Shown in pieces: positions 32,093-41,688 of a stretch of DNA of 64,000 nt. Each line of letters opens with the position of its first letter. Position 1 is the stretch's first letter. This DNA comes from an uncultured delta proteobacterium. GTDB taxonomy: Bacteria; Myxococcota; Myxococcia; Myxococcales; 40CM-4-68-19. Both the position numbers and the translations under genes were made by a program. Below the pieces are notes generated by a model, which ran no database searches, was not told the origin of the DNA, and saw only the letters and a list, made by a program, of their open reading frames with translations. The stretch spans positions 62,001 to 126,000 of the forward strand of contig CAIWCD010000014.1 in NCBI GenBank assembly GCA_903911145.1. Direction: 5' to 3'.

Positions 32093-32578
32093 CTATTCGC
32101 CCTCGTCGTCCGGTCCGTCGTCGCCGTCGTCCGGCTCGGTGAGCGGCGCGGGCTTGGCACCATCGGGAGCGCGCTCGAGCTTCATTGCCTTGAGCTTGAA
32201 GCTCTCCTGCCGCGCCGAGAGCGTCAGGTCAGCCTTCGCGTCGAGCTCGAACGTGACGAAGATGCGCGGCTCGCCCGCCTTGCCCTCGGGGATGCCGTCG
32301 ATCGCCCACCAGCTATCGCTCGCGAGCTTCCCCGCCTTCTTCGCGGCGCCGCGCAGCACGTGGACATAGAGCTTCTTTTCTCCGTCGCGCGCAGTGGTGA
32401 AGCTCTCTGTCGCGGCAACGGGCAGCTGCGTACCCGAGCCGATCAGCTGCGTCGCGGCTCCGCCTGATTGCTCCACCGAAATCGATTCGCCAAGTGCCGG
32501 TGGCCTCCCGTCGTGTGTACAGGCGGTTCCCGCAGCAGCAATCGTTGATACCAACGCCAATCGAGCTATCGAGTTCAT
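32093..32578 (-). CDS. Lipoprotein with stand-alone Hsp70 substrate-binding beta domain
   Basis: AGTAC lipobox; body aligns by eye with the SBD-beta of the DnaK in this window (SFTTARD/TFSTASD, VHVLRG/VHVMQG, IDGIP/LDGIP, FELDA/FDIDA). Confidence 0.75.
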   Translation of the reverse strand: MNSIARLALVSTIAAAGTACTHDGRPPALGESISVEQSGGAATQLIGSGTQLPVAATESFTTARDGEKKLYVHVLRGAAKKAGKLASDSWWAIDGIPEGKAGEPRIFVTFELDAKADLTLSARQESFKLKAMKLERAPDGAKPAPLTEPDDGDDGPDDEGE

Positions 32579-33873
32579 CGCGGCATCGCCTCGTCGAGAG
32601 ATTCATTGAGCGAGCGCACAGCCTGCTCAATCTGCGCCTGGTTGACAATCATCGGCGGCGCGATTCGCAGCACGTTTCCATAGGTGCCGCCCTTGCCAAC
32701 CAACAGCCCTCGCTTCTTTGCTGACTCGAGCAGTCGCGTCGCTGCCGCCGCATCGGGCTCCTTCGTCTTCGCGTCCTTCACCAGCTCGATCGCCTGCATC
32801 AATCCCATTCCACGCACGTCGCCAACGCGCGCGTCGCGCTTCTGCAGATCGAGCAGTCCATCGCGCAGCAGCTTGCCCATCATCTGTGCATTGAAGAGCA
32901 GCTTCTCCTCTTCAATCACCGCGATCGTCGCGGAGGCAGCGACCATGCTCACCGGCCCGCCGCCAAACGTTGATATCGACGCGAGGCCGGCAAACTTATC
33001 CGCGATATCCGCACGCGCCATCGTCAATCCAATCGGCTGCCCGTTCGCCATTCCCTTCGCCGAGGTGAGGATATCGGGTGTCACGCCATATTGATCGACG
33101 CCCCACCACATGCCTCCGGTGCGTCCCCATGCGGTCTGCACTTCATCAGCAATGAAGAGCCCACCCGCTTCACGGATAATCGGCAATACCGTCTGGAAGT
33201 ATTCCTTCGGCGGCGTCACGAATCCGCCCACGCCTTGAATCGGCTCGGCCATGAACGAGGCGATCTCGCCGCGCGTCTCCGTTTCAATCAGCGTCTTGAC
33301 GTCCTTCGCGCAGGCGATATCGCAGCTCGGATAGGAGAGCTTGAGATCGCAGCGATAGCAGTAGGGCGCGTGCGCGTGCTTGATGCCGGGCACTTCGCTG
33401 TCGAGCATCCGATAGTTCTGATTGCCCATCAGATTCATCGCCAGCGTGCCGCGCCCGCCATAGCTGTGCCGCAGCGCGATCATATCGCGCCGGCCGGTGG
33501 CCACCTTCGCGAGCGTGACGGCCGTCTCATTCGCCTCGGTGCCGGAGTTGGTGAAGAACACCTTCGTCTTCGGCTTGATGGGCGAGATCTGCACCAGCTT
33601 CTCAGCCAGCTCGATCTGCGGCTTCGTTGGATAGAGCGTGCTGACGTGCACGAGCTTCTTCTGCTGTGCAATGACCGCATCGGTCACGCGCGGATGGCAA
33701 TGGCCCACCGAGACGGTGAGGATCCCGCCGAAGAAGTCGAGATAGTCGCGCCCGTCCGCGTCCCGCAAGGTCATGCCGCTGCCCGACTCGGCGACGAGCG
33801 GCTCGGCGTAGTAGTTCGCGACGTTGGGGAAGAGCAGCTCTTTCTGCTTCTTTCGGATCTCAGCGGAGTTCAT
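32575..33873 (-). CDS. Class III PLP aminotransferase (probable beta-alanine aminotransferase, AGXT2/PydD-like)
   Basis: YLDFFGGI, FTNSGTEANE, EPIQGVGG, DEVQT, SAKGMANG; pyrimidine catabolic context. Confidence 0.88.
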   Translation of the reverse strand: MNSAEIRKKQKELLFPNVANYYAEPLVAESGSGMTLRDADGRDYLDFFGGILTVSVGHCHPRVTDAVIAQQKKLVHVSTLYPTKPQIELAEKLVQISPIKPKTKVFFTNSGTEANETAVTLAKVATGRRDMIALRHSYGGRGTLAMNLMGNQNYRMLDSEVPGIKHAHAPYCYRCDLKLSYPSCDIACAKDVKTLIETETRGEIASFMAEPIQGVGGFVTPPKEYFQTVLPIIREAGGLFIADEVQTAWGRTGGMWWGVDQYGVTPDILTSAKGMANGQPIGLTMARADIADKFAGLASISTFGGGPVSMVAASATIAVIEEEKLLFNAQMMGKLLRDGLLDLQKRDARVGDVRGMGLMQAIELVKDAKTKEPDAAAATRLLESAKKRGLLVGKGGTYGNVLRIAPPMIVNQAQIEQAVRSLNESLDEAMPR

Positions 33874-33885
33874 AGGGTCGTCACT

Positions 33886-35076
33886 CTATTCGTCGGTGCG
33901 AATCGGCGCCCAATTGAGACTGCGGTTGAGCGCATAGTTCCATCCCGTCACCACCGCGATGGCGATGAGGTTGGCGGCATATCGATTCATATGCGCCTGG
34001 TTGAAGAGGAGATTGAGCAGGCCGATATTGATGACGAGGCCGGTGCCGCAGATCGCGTTGAAGCCGAGCAGCCGGCGCAGTTTGGCGCGCAGTCCCGGTT
34101 GGCCCCTGGCGACGCTGGCAAACGTCCATGCGTCGTTGAGGAGAAAGTTCCAGATGATCGCCGTCTCGGCCGCCACCAGCTTGCTCCGCGTGAGCGGGAA
34201 GCCGAGCGCGTGGGGGTCGCTGAGCAGATAGAGCATGCCCATATCGACGAAGACGCCGCTGGCGCCGACCGCGAGAAAACGAAGCAGCCGTGATTCGCTG
34301 AGAGTCGCCAGACGCAGGCGAATCAGGTGGCGCAGGTAATCGATATAGAGGCGGCTCGATACCTTGCTCTCTCCCGCAATGCGCTCGCGGAAGACATAAC
34401 CAACTTCGGCGACCCACTTGATTCGGCCGCGGCCGAGCACCTCAATGAGGATCTTGTATCCGAGCGGATCGAGCTTCACGCCCGCGATGGCGCTGCGGCG
34501 GAACATGAAATAGCCGCTCATTGGATCGCTGACGCGGCTTAATACGCCGGGGAGGATCACAAGCCCGAGCATCTGTGCGCCGCGCGAGAGAAGGCGCCGC
34601 AGCATGCTCCAATCGGAGACGCCGCCGCCCTCGATATGACGGCTGCCGAGAGCGAGGTCCGCGCCCCGTTCAATCTCGCGCCACAGGCCGATATTCACTT
34701 CGGGCGGGTGCTGCAGATCCGCGTCCATCACTGCGAGCACGTCACCGCGCGCGACCTGCCAACCGCGAATCACGGCGGTTGATAATCCGCGCTCGCCCTG
34801 CCTGCGCAGCACACGCACGCGAGGATTGCTTTCGCCGATCTTCGCGGCCAGCTCCCAGGTCTTATCGGGGCTGTCATCGTCGACGACGATCAGCTCGTAG
34901 GCGTCGCCGAGCTCCGCATCGAGCAGCGACGTGAGCTTTTCAATCAGCGGCCCGACGTTCTTCGATTCATTGAACGTCGGGATGATCAGCGACAGCTTCA
35001 CCGCCGGCCCCAGCTCTGCGCGGGGCACGGCGGCGATATCGAGCGAACCTTTCGGAGTTTCCAGCAGAGCGGTCAT
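33886..35076 (-). CDS. Polyprenol-phosphate glycosyltransferase (GT2) fused to GtrA-like flippase domain
   Basis: PTFNE, VDDDSPD, MDADLQHPP, DPMSGYF; C-terminal RFLAVGASG..WNFLLNDAWTF GtrA pattern. Confidence 0.9.
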   Translation of the reverse strand: MTALLETPKGSLDIAAVPRAELGPAVKLSLIIPTFNESKNVGPLIEKLTSLLDAELGDAYELIVVDDDSPDKTWELAAKIGESNPRVRVLRRQGERGLSTAVIRGWQVARGDVLAVMDADLQHPPEVNIGLWREIERGADLALGSRHIEGGGVSDWSMLRRLLSRGAQMLGLVILPGVLSRVSDPMSGYFMFRRSAIAGVKLDPLGYKILIEVLGRGRIKWVAEVGYVFRERIAGESKVSSRLYIDYLRHLIRLRLATLSESRLLRFLAVGASGVFVDMGMLYLLSDPHALGFPLTRSKLVAAETAIIWNFLLNDAWTFASVARGQPGLRAKLRRLLGFNAICGTGLVINIGLLNLLFNQAHMNRYAANLIAIAVVTGWNYALNRSLNWAPIRTDE

Positions 35077-36479
35077 TACGCGAGCGTCGTTCCGCGCTTG
35101 AGGAACTTTCCTTCGCCCTTGCGCCCGAGGAACTTGTCTCCCTCGACGACGAGCTTGCCGCGCGAGAAGACGTGCGACGGCGCGCCAACGACCTCGCGGC
35201 CTTCATATGGATTGTAATCGGCCCTGGTATGCTGCGTCGCCGCGCGAATGGTGTGCTTCTTCGCGGGATCCCAGACCACCACGTCGCCGTCCGCGCCGGG
35301 CGCGAGCGTGCCCTTCTTGCCGAAGAGACCGAAGAGGCGCGCAGGTCCCGTCGAATTGAGCTGCACCCAGCGATTCAAGGTAATCCGGCCCGAGAGCACT
35401 CCCTGGAACGTCAGATAGAGCCGCGTCTCCACACCGGGCGCGCCATTGGGGATCTTGCTGAAATCCGCTTCGCCGAGCCGCTTCTCCTTCATGCAGAAGG
35501 GGCAATGGTCGGTCGAGACGCACTGGAGGTCGTCGAGCTGCAGACCGCGCCAGAGGTGCTCCTCATTTCCCGGCATGCGCAGCGGCGGGCTCATGACGTA
35601 CTTGCTGCCGCCGAAGTCGGGCTCCTGGTAGTTCCTGTGATCGAGATAGAGATACTGCGGGCAGGTCTCGGCATAAGCGCGCACCCCGCGATCTCTGGCA
35701 CGACGAACCTCTTCGAGCGCCTCGGCCGCCGATAAGTGCACGATATAGACGGGCACCTTCGCGACCTCCGCGAGCGCGAGCACGCGGTGGCTCGCTTCCC
35801 CTTCGAGACGCGGCGGCCGGGTGAGTGCGTGCCACTCGGGCAGCGTCTCGCCGCGGGCTTTCGCCTCTTCGATAATCACGTCGATGACGGGGCCATTCTC
35901 CGCGTGCATGCAGATGAGGCCGCCGTTGTCGCCCGTCTGGCGCATGGCGCGAAAGATCGCGGCGTCGTCGACATAGAACACGCCGGGATACGCCGTGAAG
36001 AGCTTGAACGAAGTGACGCCTTCGTTCTTCGTCAGCTCATCCATCTCGCGCAGGGTCTCCCGCGTGACCTTGCGGGTAATCATATGGAAGCCGTAATCGA
36101 TGACCGCCTTGCCCGCGGCCTTCTCGTGCCAGGTCGAAAGTCCCTTGTGGAGCGAGCTGCCGGTCGGGCCCTCCTCCATCGGTTGAATCGCGAAATCGAC
36201 AATGCTCGTCGTTCCGCCAAATGCCGCCGCGATTGTCCCGCTCTCGAAGTCATCGGCGCTGGTCGTGCCGCCGAAGGGCATATCAAGGTGGGTATGAACG
36301 TCGATACCTCCGGGAATGACATATTTCCCGGTCGCATCGACGATCTTGTCGAACTTGCCGCCATAGAGGGCGTTCAGGTCGGTTCCGACGGCGGCGATCG
36401 TCTCGCCTTCCATCACCAGATCGGCCTTGAAGGTATCTGTCGGCGAAACCAGCGTTCCGTGTTGAATGAGCGTGCGCAT
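35076..36479 (-). CDS. hydA: Dihydropyrimidinase
   Basis: PGGIDVHTHLDMPFGG, SFKLF, HAEN, ETCPQYL, STDHCPF, IPNG. Confidence 0.95.
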   Translation of the reverse strand: MRTLIQHGTLVSPTDTFKADLVMEGETIAAVGTDLNALYGGKFDKIVDATGKYVIPGGIDVHTHLDMPFGGTTSADDFESGTIAAAFGGTTSIVDFAIQPMEEGPTGSSLHKGLSTWHEKAAGKAVIDYGFHMITRKVTRETLREMDELTKNEGVTSFKLFTAYPGVFYVDDAAIFRAMRQTGDNGGLICMHAENGPVIDVIIEEAKARGETLPEWHALTRPPRLEGEASHRVLALAEVAKVPVYIVHLSAAEALEEVRRARDRGVRAYAETCPQYLYLDHRNYQEPDFGGSKYVMSPPLRMPGNEEHLWRGLQLDDLQCVSTDHCPFCMKEKRLGEADFSKIPNGAPGVETRLYLTFQGVLSGRITLNRWVQLNSTGPARLFGLFGKKGTLAPGADGDVVVWDPAKKHTIRAATQHTRADYNPYEGREVVGAPSHVFSRGKLVVEGDKFLGRKGEGKFLKRGTTLA

Positions 36480-36509
36480 GGATAGTTCCTTGATATGGAC
36501 GGATATCAA

Positions 36510-37376
36510 CTACGGAAGCTGCTCGACCATATCGCCGTAGGAATCCGGGCGGCGGTCGCGATAGAACTGCCAGGTGCGCCGGACCTCCTCGATCACGTCG
36601 AGGTCGAGGTCGGAGATGACGAGCTCATCCTTGTCTTCGCTCGCCTCGACGAGGATCTTTCCGCGCGGGTCGACAAAGTAGCTGTGCCCGTAGAACTTGC
36701 CGATGTTCCACGGCGCCTCGGTGCCGACGCGATTGATGCAGCCCATATAATAGCCATTGGCGACCGCGTGCGCCGGCTGCTCGAGCTTCCAGAGATATTG
36801 CGAGAGGCCCGCGACCGTGGCGCTCGGGTTGTAGACGATCTCGGCGCCGTGCAATCCCAGCAGGCGCGCGCCCTCGGGGAAGTGGCGGTCGTAGCAGATA
36901 TAGACGCCAATGGTTGCATAGCGCGTCTTGAAGACGGGATATCCGAGGTTGCCGGGCTTGAAGTAATACTTCTCCCAGAAGCCATTCGTCTGCGGGATAT
37001 GGTTCTTGCGATACTTGCCGAGATAGCTCCCGTCGGCATCGATTACCGCGGCGGTGTTGTAATAGACGCCGGCGATTTCGCGCTCATAGATCGGGACGAC
37101 GATGACCATTCCATACTGCTTGGCGATCGGCTGCAGCGCCTCGACGGTGGGGCCGGGGCAGGGCTCGGCGGCGTCATACCAATCGGGCGTCTGCGCGGGG
37201 CAGAAATAGGGCCCGTTGAAGATCTCCTGGAGGCAGAGGATCTGGACCCCTTTCTTGCCGGCGTCGTGAATCATCGGCAGGTGCTTCTCGAGCATCGCTG
37301 CCTGGATCTCTTTGACCGAGCCGGTCGCGCGCGCGTTGCTGCACTGGATGAGGCCAGACTTGACGATGCGGGACAT
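36510..37376 (-). CDS. Nitrilase-family beta-ureidopropionase
   Basis: Catalytic E (LQE), K (YRKNHIP), C (ICYDRHFPE); FWEKYYF; GAGGAG RBS; adjacent to hydA. Confidence 0.9.
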   Translation of the reverse strand: MSRIVKSGLIQCSNARATGSVKEIQAAMLEKHLPMIHDAGKKGVQILCLQEIFNGPYFCPAQTPDWYDAAEPCPGPTVEALQPIAKQYGMVIVVPIYEREIAGVYYNTAAVIDADGSYLGKYRKNHIPQTNGFWEKYYFKPGNLGYPVFKTRYATIGVYICYDRHFPEGARLLGLHGAEIVYNPSATVAGLSQYLWKLEQPAHAVANGYYMGCINRVGTEAPWNIGKFYGHSYFVDPRGKILVEASEDKDELVISDLDLDVIEEVRRTWQFYRDRRPDSYGDMVEQLP

Positions 37377-37516
37377 GTGTCTCCTCGTGGTGGTTCGGCG
37401 CCAAAAATGGAGCGCGACACTCTGGCTTGCATGCGCACGGTGTCAAGCGCTGCTGTGTCGCAATCGCGCGCGCACTTGATCTGCATCCGCCCCTTCGCGT
37501 AGAGCGCGGGGCCCCG

Positions 37517-38158
37517 ATGAATCCAATCGACCCACTGCTGGAGCGCTTGCGCGCGGGCGATGAGGCGGCGTTCGTCGAGCTGGTCGCGCGTCACGACGCT
37601 CCGCTTCGGCGGCTGGCTCGCTCGGTGCTGCGCGACGCCGCGCTGGCCGACGAGGTGGTGCAGGACAGCTGGACGGCGGTGATCGAGGGACTCGATTCGT
37701 TCGAGGGCCGTTCGAGCCTCGGGACGTGGATCTATCGCATCGTGCTCAATCGGGCGCGGACCCGGCGGGAGCGCGAGGCGCGTTCGATTCCACTCTCCGC
37801 GCTCGAGCGTGACGACGATGGGCCGGGCGTCGATCCCACGCGGTTCGCCGCGAACGGACATTGGCGCGAGAGTCCTGCAACTTCTGCGGCGGCACCGCTG
37901 GGGGCGTTTGCCGCCGAGGATCCCGAGCAGGCGCTCCTGCGCACGGAGCTCGGTGGCGTTCTGGTCGCCGCGCTCGCCCGGCTGCCTGAGAACCTGCGCG
38001 CAGTGGTCACGATGCGCGACGTTGACGGGCTGTCGAGCGACGATGTCTGTAACGCGCTCGACGTTTCCGAGTCGAACCAGCGCGTGCTTCTGCATCGAGG
38101 CCGTTCGCGGCTGCGGACGTTGGTGGAAGAAGAGCTGTCGAAGGGACGTCGAACGTGA
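37517..38158 (+). CDS. ECF RNA polymerase sigma factor
   Basis: AFVELV, DEVVQDSW, FEGRSSLGTWIYRI, region 4 SNQRVLLHRGRSRLR. Confidence 0.92.
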   Translation: MNPIDPLLERLRAGDEAAFVELVARHDAPLRRLARSVLRDAALADEVVQDSWTAVIEGLDSFEGRSSLGTWIYRIVLNRARTRREREARSIPLSALERDDDGPGVDPTRFAANGHWRESPATSAAAPLGAFAAEDPEQALLRTELGGVLVAALARLPENLRAVVTMRDVDGLSSDDVCNALDVSESNQRVLLHRGRSRLRTLVEEELSKGRRT

Positions 38159-38394
38159 ACTGCCAGAAGCTGGCCGAGCTGATCAGCGACTACGTCGAAG
38201 GCCGATTGGGCCTGATCGACCGGCTGCGCTTTCAGTTTCATCTCGGCCTGTGCCGAGATTGCCGCGCCTACCTGAAGCAGATGCGTGGACTTGTGCGCGC
38301 GCTCGGTGCGCTGCCGGCCGAGCCCCCGCCGGCGCAAGTGCAGGAGGAGCTGCTCGCGCGCTTCCGCAATTTCCAGAGGACGAGGAAGGGCTGA
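38155..38394 (+). CDS. Soluble zf-HC2 anti-sigma factor
   Basis: HLGLCRDC (HxxxCxxC); GTGA overlap with sigma gene. Confidence 0.9.
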   Translation: MNCQKLAELISDYVEGRLGLIDRLRFQFHLGLCRDCRAYLKQMRGLVRALGALPAEPPPAQVQEELLARFRNFQRTRKG

Positions 38395-38483
38395 AGCGCG
38401 GGCTTTGGACTTTGGCTGTTGGGCGTTGGCAACTGCCCTCCGCCGCATGATTCAGCGCAGCTCAAAGCCCGAAGCCCTGCTTC
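38393..38483. repeat. Degenerate heptamer repeats forming an imperfect inverted repeat
   Basis: GGCTTTG GACTTTG GCTGTTG GGCGTTG GCAACTG (38401-38435) with complementary arm CAGCTCAAAGCCCGAAGCCCTGCTTC (38458-38483). Confidence 0.6.
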
Positions 38484-38523
38484 TCTCTTGCCACCGTCTT
38501 CTCGATCCATCATTATCAGTCGC

Positions 38524-39546
38524 ATGATAAAGAACCGTCATGGGCAAACCCTCCTTGCCGTCGCCGCGCTTCTCGCGAGCTGCGCGCCGCGCACCGATCT
38601 GCACGACGAACTGCAGGGCGTGGTCGAGCTGCACCAGCGCGTGCTCGGGTTCGAGCTGGCGGGGCGTCTGCTCTCCCGTGCCGTCGAGCGCGGTGAACTC
38701 GTGCAGGCTGGGCAGGAGCTCGCGCGCCTCGATCAGGGGCTCTGGATTCCGCAACGCGACGCGCGTGCGGCCGATCTCGCAGCGGCGCAGGCGCAGCTGA
38801 AGCTGCTCGAGCAGGGCGCGCGCGACCAGGACCTGCGCGCGCTCGCGGCAGAGGTCGACGCGGCGCGTGCCCTCGAGACGACGCTCAGCGAGACGGCCGT
38901 GCGCGCCCGCGAACTCCGTGCGGCCGGGACCATCCCTGCACAGCAGCTCGACGACGCCGAGGGACAGCTCGCGCGCGCGAAGGCCCAGCGTGCCGGGACC
39001 GAGCAGCGCCTCGCCTCTCTGCGTGCGGGCGCCCGTCCTGCCGAGCTGCGTGCGGCGCAGGCCCGCGTCGATGCCGCGCAGGCTGCGCTTGAGTTCGAGA
39101 ACGTGCGCCTCTCCCGCGCCACGCTGCGCACGCCCGTCGCCGGAGTGATTCTCGAGACGCACGCGGAGCCTGGCGAAGTGCTCGGTGCATCTGCGCCGGT
39201 CGTCACAGTTGGCGAAGTGCAGCGGCCCTACATCGATCTCTTCGTGCCCGAGGCGGACATCGCCGGAGTCCGCGTCGGAGCTCCCGCGCGCGTGCACACC
39301 GATGCAGAAGGCGCGGCGCAGTTCGATGGCAAGGTCGAGGAGATCGGCCAGCGCACGGAGTTCGCGCCGCGCTACCTCTTCAGTCCGAAGGAGCGGCCCA
39401 ATCTCGTCGTGCGCGTGCGCATCGCGCTGCACGATCCGGAAGGCCGTCTGCGCGCCGGACTTCCTGCGTTTGGTTCGATCGACCGCGCCCAGCCTGCTCC
39501 AGCGCCATCGAGCGAATCCGGAAGCCACGCGCTGGTGAAGCCGTGA
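38524..39546 (+). CDS. HlyD-family periplasmic adaptor (YbhG-like)
   Basis: LLASC lipobox, lipoyl-like halves, long coiled coil, TEFAPRY motif. Confidence 0.88.
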   Translation: MIKNRHGQTLLAVAALLASCAPRTDLHDELQGVVELHQRVLGFELAGRLLSRAVERGELVQAGQELARLDQGLWIPQRDARAADLAAAQAQLKLLEQGARDQDLRALAAEVDAARALETTLSETAVRARELRAAGTIPAQQLDDAEGQLARAKAQRAGTEQRLASLRAGARPAELRAAQARVDAAQAALEFENVRLSRATLRTPVAGVILETHAEPGEVLGASAPVVTVGEVQRPYIDLFVPEADIAGVRVGAPARVHTDAEGAAQFDGKVEEIGQRTEFAPRYLFSPKERPNLVVRVRIALHDPEGRLRAGLPAFGSIDRAQPAPAPSSESGSHALVKP

Positions 39547-40499
39547 GCGGCCCTGACGACGCGATCATCGTCGCTGATCATCTCGCCCGTCGCTTTGGAG
39601 ATCTGGTCGCCGTGCGCGATGTCTCGTTGCGCGTGAAGCGCGGCGAGATCTTCGGCGTGCTGGGCCCCAATGGCGCGGGCAAGAGCACGACCATCCGCAT
39701 GCTCTGCGGCATCCTCGATCCCACAGGAGGGCAGGGGACCGTCGTCGGCTTCGACGTGCGCACGCAGCCGGAGCGCATCAAGGAGCGCATCGGCTACATG
39801 ACGCAGCGATTCTCGCTCTACGAAGATCTCTCCGTCCTCGAGAACCTGCGCTTCTACGCAGGCATCTACGGCGTCCCTGGCGCACGCCGTCGAGCGCGGA
39901 TCGAAGAGGTGATTGCGCAGACGGGTCTCGCCGATCGCCGGCGCCAGCTCGCGGGCACGCTCTCTGGTGGCTGGAAGCAGCGCCTCGCGCTCGCCTGCTC
40001 GACGATTCACGAGCCGCCGCTGCTCTTCCTCGACGAGCCGACCGCGGGCGTCGACCCCGTGAGTCGCCGCGATTTCTGGGAGCAGATCCACGCGCTCTCG
40101 CACAACGGCACGACTGTTCTGGTGACGACGCACTACATGGACGAGGCCGAGCGCTGCCATCGCCTCGCGTTCATCTTTCGCGGCGAAGTGCTCGACACCG
40201 GCACGCCCGACGAGATTGTCGCGCGCCGCAAGCTGCGCGTGGCCGAGTTGCAGCTCGACGATGCGCGCGGTGCGGCGACGGCACTGCGCGCCCTGCCGGA
40301 GGTGGACGAGGTGGCGCATTACGGAAACGTGCTGCGCATCGCCACGCTCAACGGCGTCGATCCAGAAGCGCTCGCGGCGCGTGTCGCGCGCGAACTGAAT
40401 CTGAAGATCATCATCTCCCGCCCTGCGCGCGCCACGGTCGAGGACGCATTCGTCTCGATGGTCCGCCACGACGAGCAGGCCGCGCGCGAGGCCGCGTGA
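39543..40499 (+). CDS. ABC transporter ATP-binding protein
   Basis: GPNGAGKST, LSGGWKQR, LDEPTAGVDP, TTHYMDEAE. Confidence 0.95.
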   Translation: MSGPDDAIIVADHLARRFGDLVAVRDVSLRVKRGEIFGVLGPNGAGKSTTIRMLCGILDPTGGQGTVVGFDVRTQPERIKERIGYMTQRFSLYEDLSVLENLRFYAGIYGVPGARRRARIEEVIAQTGLADRRRQLAGTLSGGWKQRLALACSTIHEPPLLFLDEPTAGVDPVSRRDFWEQIHALSHNGTTVLVTTHYMDEAERCHRLAFIFRGEVLDTGTPDEIVARRKLRVAELQLDDARGAATALRALPEVDEVAHYGNVLRIATLNGVDPEALAARVARELNLKIIISRPARATVEDAFVSMVRHDEQAAREAA

Positions 40500-41686
40500 T
40501 GAGCGCGCCCAGTCCCGACGCCACTTCGCTGCGCGTCCACGGTTTTCGCGCCTCGCTCGCGCGCCTCGCCGCAGTGGCGATCAAGGAGCAGCAACAGCTG
40601 CGTCGCGATCGCCTGACGCTGGCGATGATGCTCTTCCTTCCCGTCCTGCAGCTCATGCTCTTCGGCTACGCCATCGATCAGGACGTGCGCCACATCCCCA
40701 CTGTGATCTTCGATCAGGACCACAGCGCGCTCTCGCGCGATCTCTCGCAGCGCCTTGGCGCGACGGGTTTCTACAATCTCAAAGGCGCCGTCTCCTCCTA
40801 CGCACAGGTGGGTCGCGCGCTGCGCGGCGGCGAAGCGAAGGTTGCGCTGGTGGTGCCTCCGAACTTCTCGGCCGACGTCGCGCGCGGAGTTCCATCGCAG
40901 CTTCAGTTGGTGATCGATGGCAGCGATCCGCAGACGGCGCAGAGCGCAGTGAGCGGCGCGAGCGGATTGGTCCAGTCGCGCGCGGCGGACCTCCTTGGCG
41001 AACACGCGGAACGCACCGGAGCCGCGCTGGGAGCGGTCCGGCCGCCGATCTCGATCGAACCGATCACCTGGTACAACCCGGATCTCCAGACCTCGACGTT
41101 CGTGGTGCCGGGCCTCATCGGCGTGATTCTGACGATGACGATGGTGATGCTCACGGCGATGGCGATCGCCAGAGAGCGCGAGCGTGGAACACTCGAGCAG
41201 CTGATCGTTTCTCCTCTGCGTTCGGCCGAGCTGATCGTCGGAAAGATCTTCCCGTACGTCCTCGTCGGCTACGTCCAGATCACGCTCATTCTCACTGTGG
41301 GCCGGCTTGTCTTCCACGTCCCGTTCGTCGGCTCGGTCCCGCTGCTCTACGCGCTCGCGTTCCTCTTCATCGCCGCGAATCTCGCGCTGGGCCTCGTCTT
41401 CTCGACGCTCGCGGCGACGCAGCAGCAGGCGATGCAGATGTCGTTCTTCTTCCTGCTGCCGAACATCCTCCTCTCTGGCTTCATGTTCCCCTGGGAGGGA
41501 ATGCCGCGCGGTGCGCAGATGCTCTCGCAGATTCTTCCGCTCACGCACTTCCACCGCATCGTGCGCGGCATCATTCTCAAAGGCAGCACGTTCGACGACG
41601 TCGTGCCCGAGGTGCTCTGGCTCGCGTGCATCCTGCTCGCGATGATCGTCGTCGCGTCGTTGCGTTTCCGAAAGAAGCTGGGGTAG
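40496..41686 (+). CDS. ABC-2 permease (YbhS/YbhR-like)
   Basis: LFGYAI, WYNP, ERERGTLEQL, LSGFMFP, multiple TM helices. Confidence 0.92.
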   Translation: MMSAPSPDATSLRVHGFRASLARLAAVAIKEQQQLRRDRLTLAMMLFLPVLQLMLFGYAIDQDVRHIPTVIFDQDHSALSRDLSQRLGATGFYNLKGAVSSYAQVGRALRGGEAKVALVVPPNFSADVARGVPSQLQLVIDGSDPQTAQSAVSGASGLVQSRAADLLGEHAERTGAALGAVRPPISIEPITWYNPDLQTSTFVVPGLIGVILTMTMVMLTAMAIARERERGTLEQLIVSPLRSAELIVGKIFPYVLVGYVQITLILTVGRLVFHVPFVGSVPLLYALAFLFIAANLALGLVFSTLAATQQQAMQMSFFFLLPNILLSGFMFPWEGMPRGAQMLSQILPLTHFHRIVRGIILKGSTFDDVVPEVLWLACILLAMIVVASLRFRKKLG

Positions 41687-41688
41687 CG

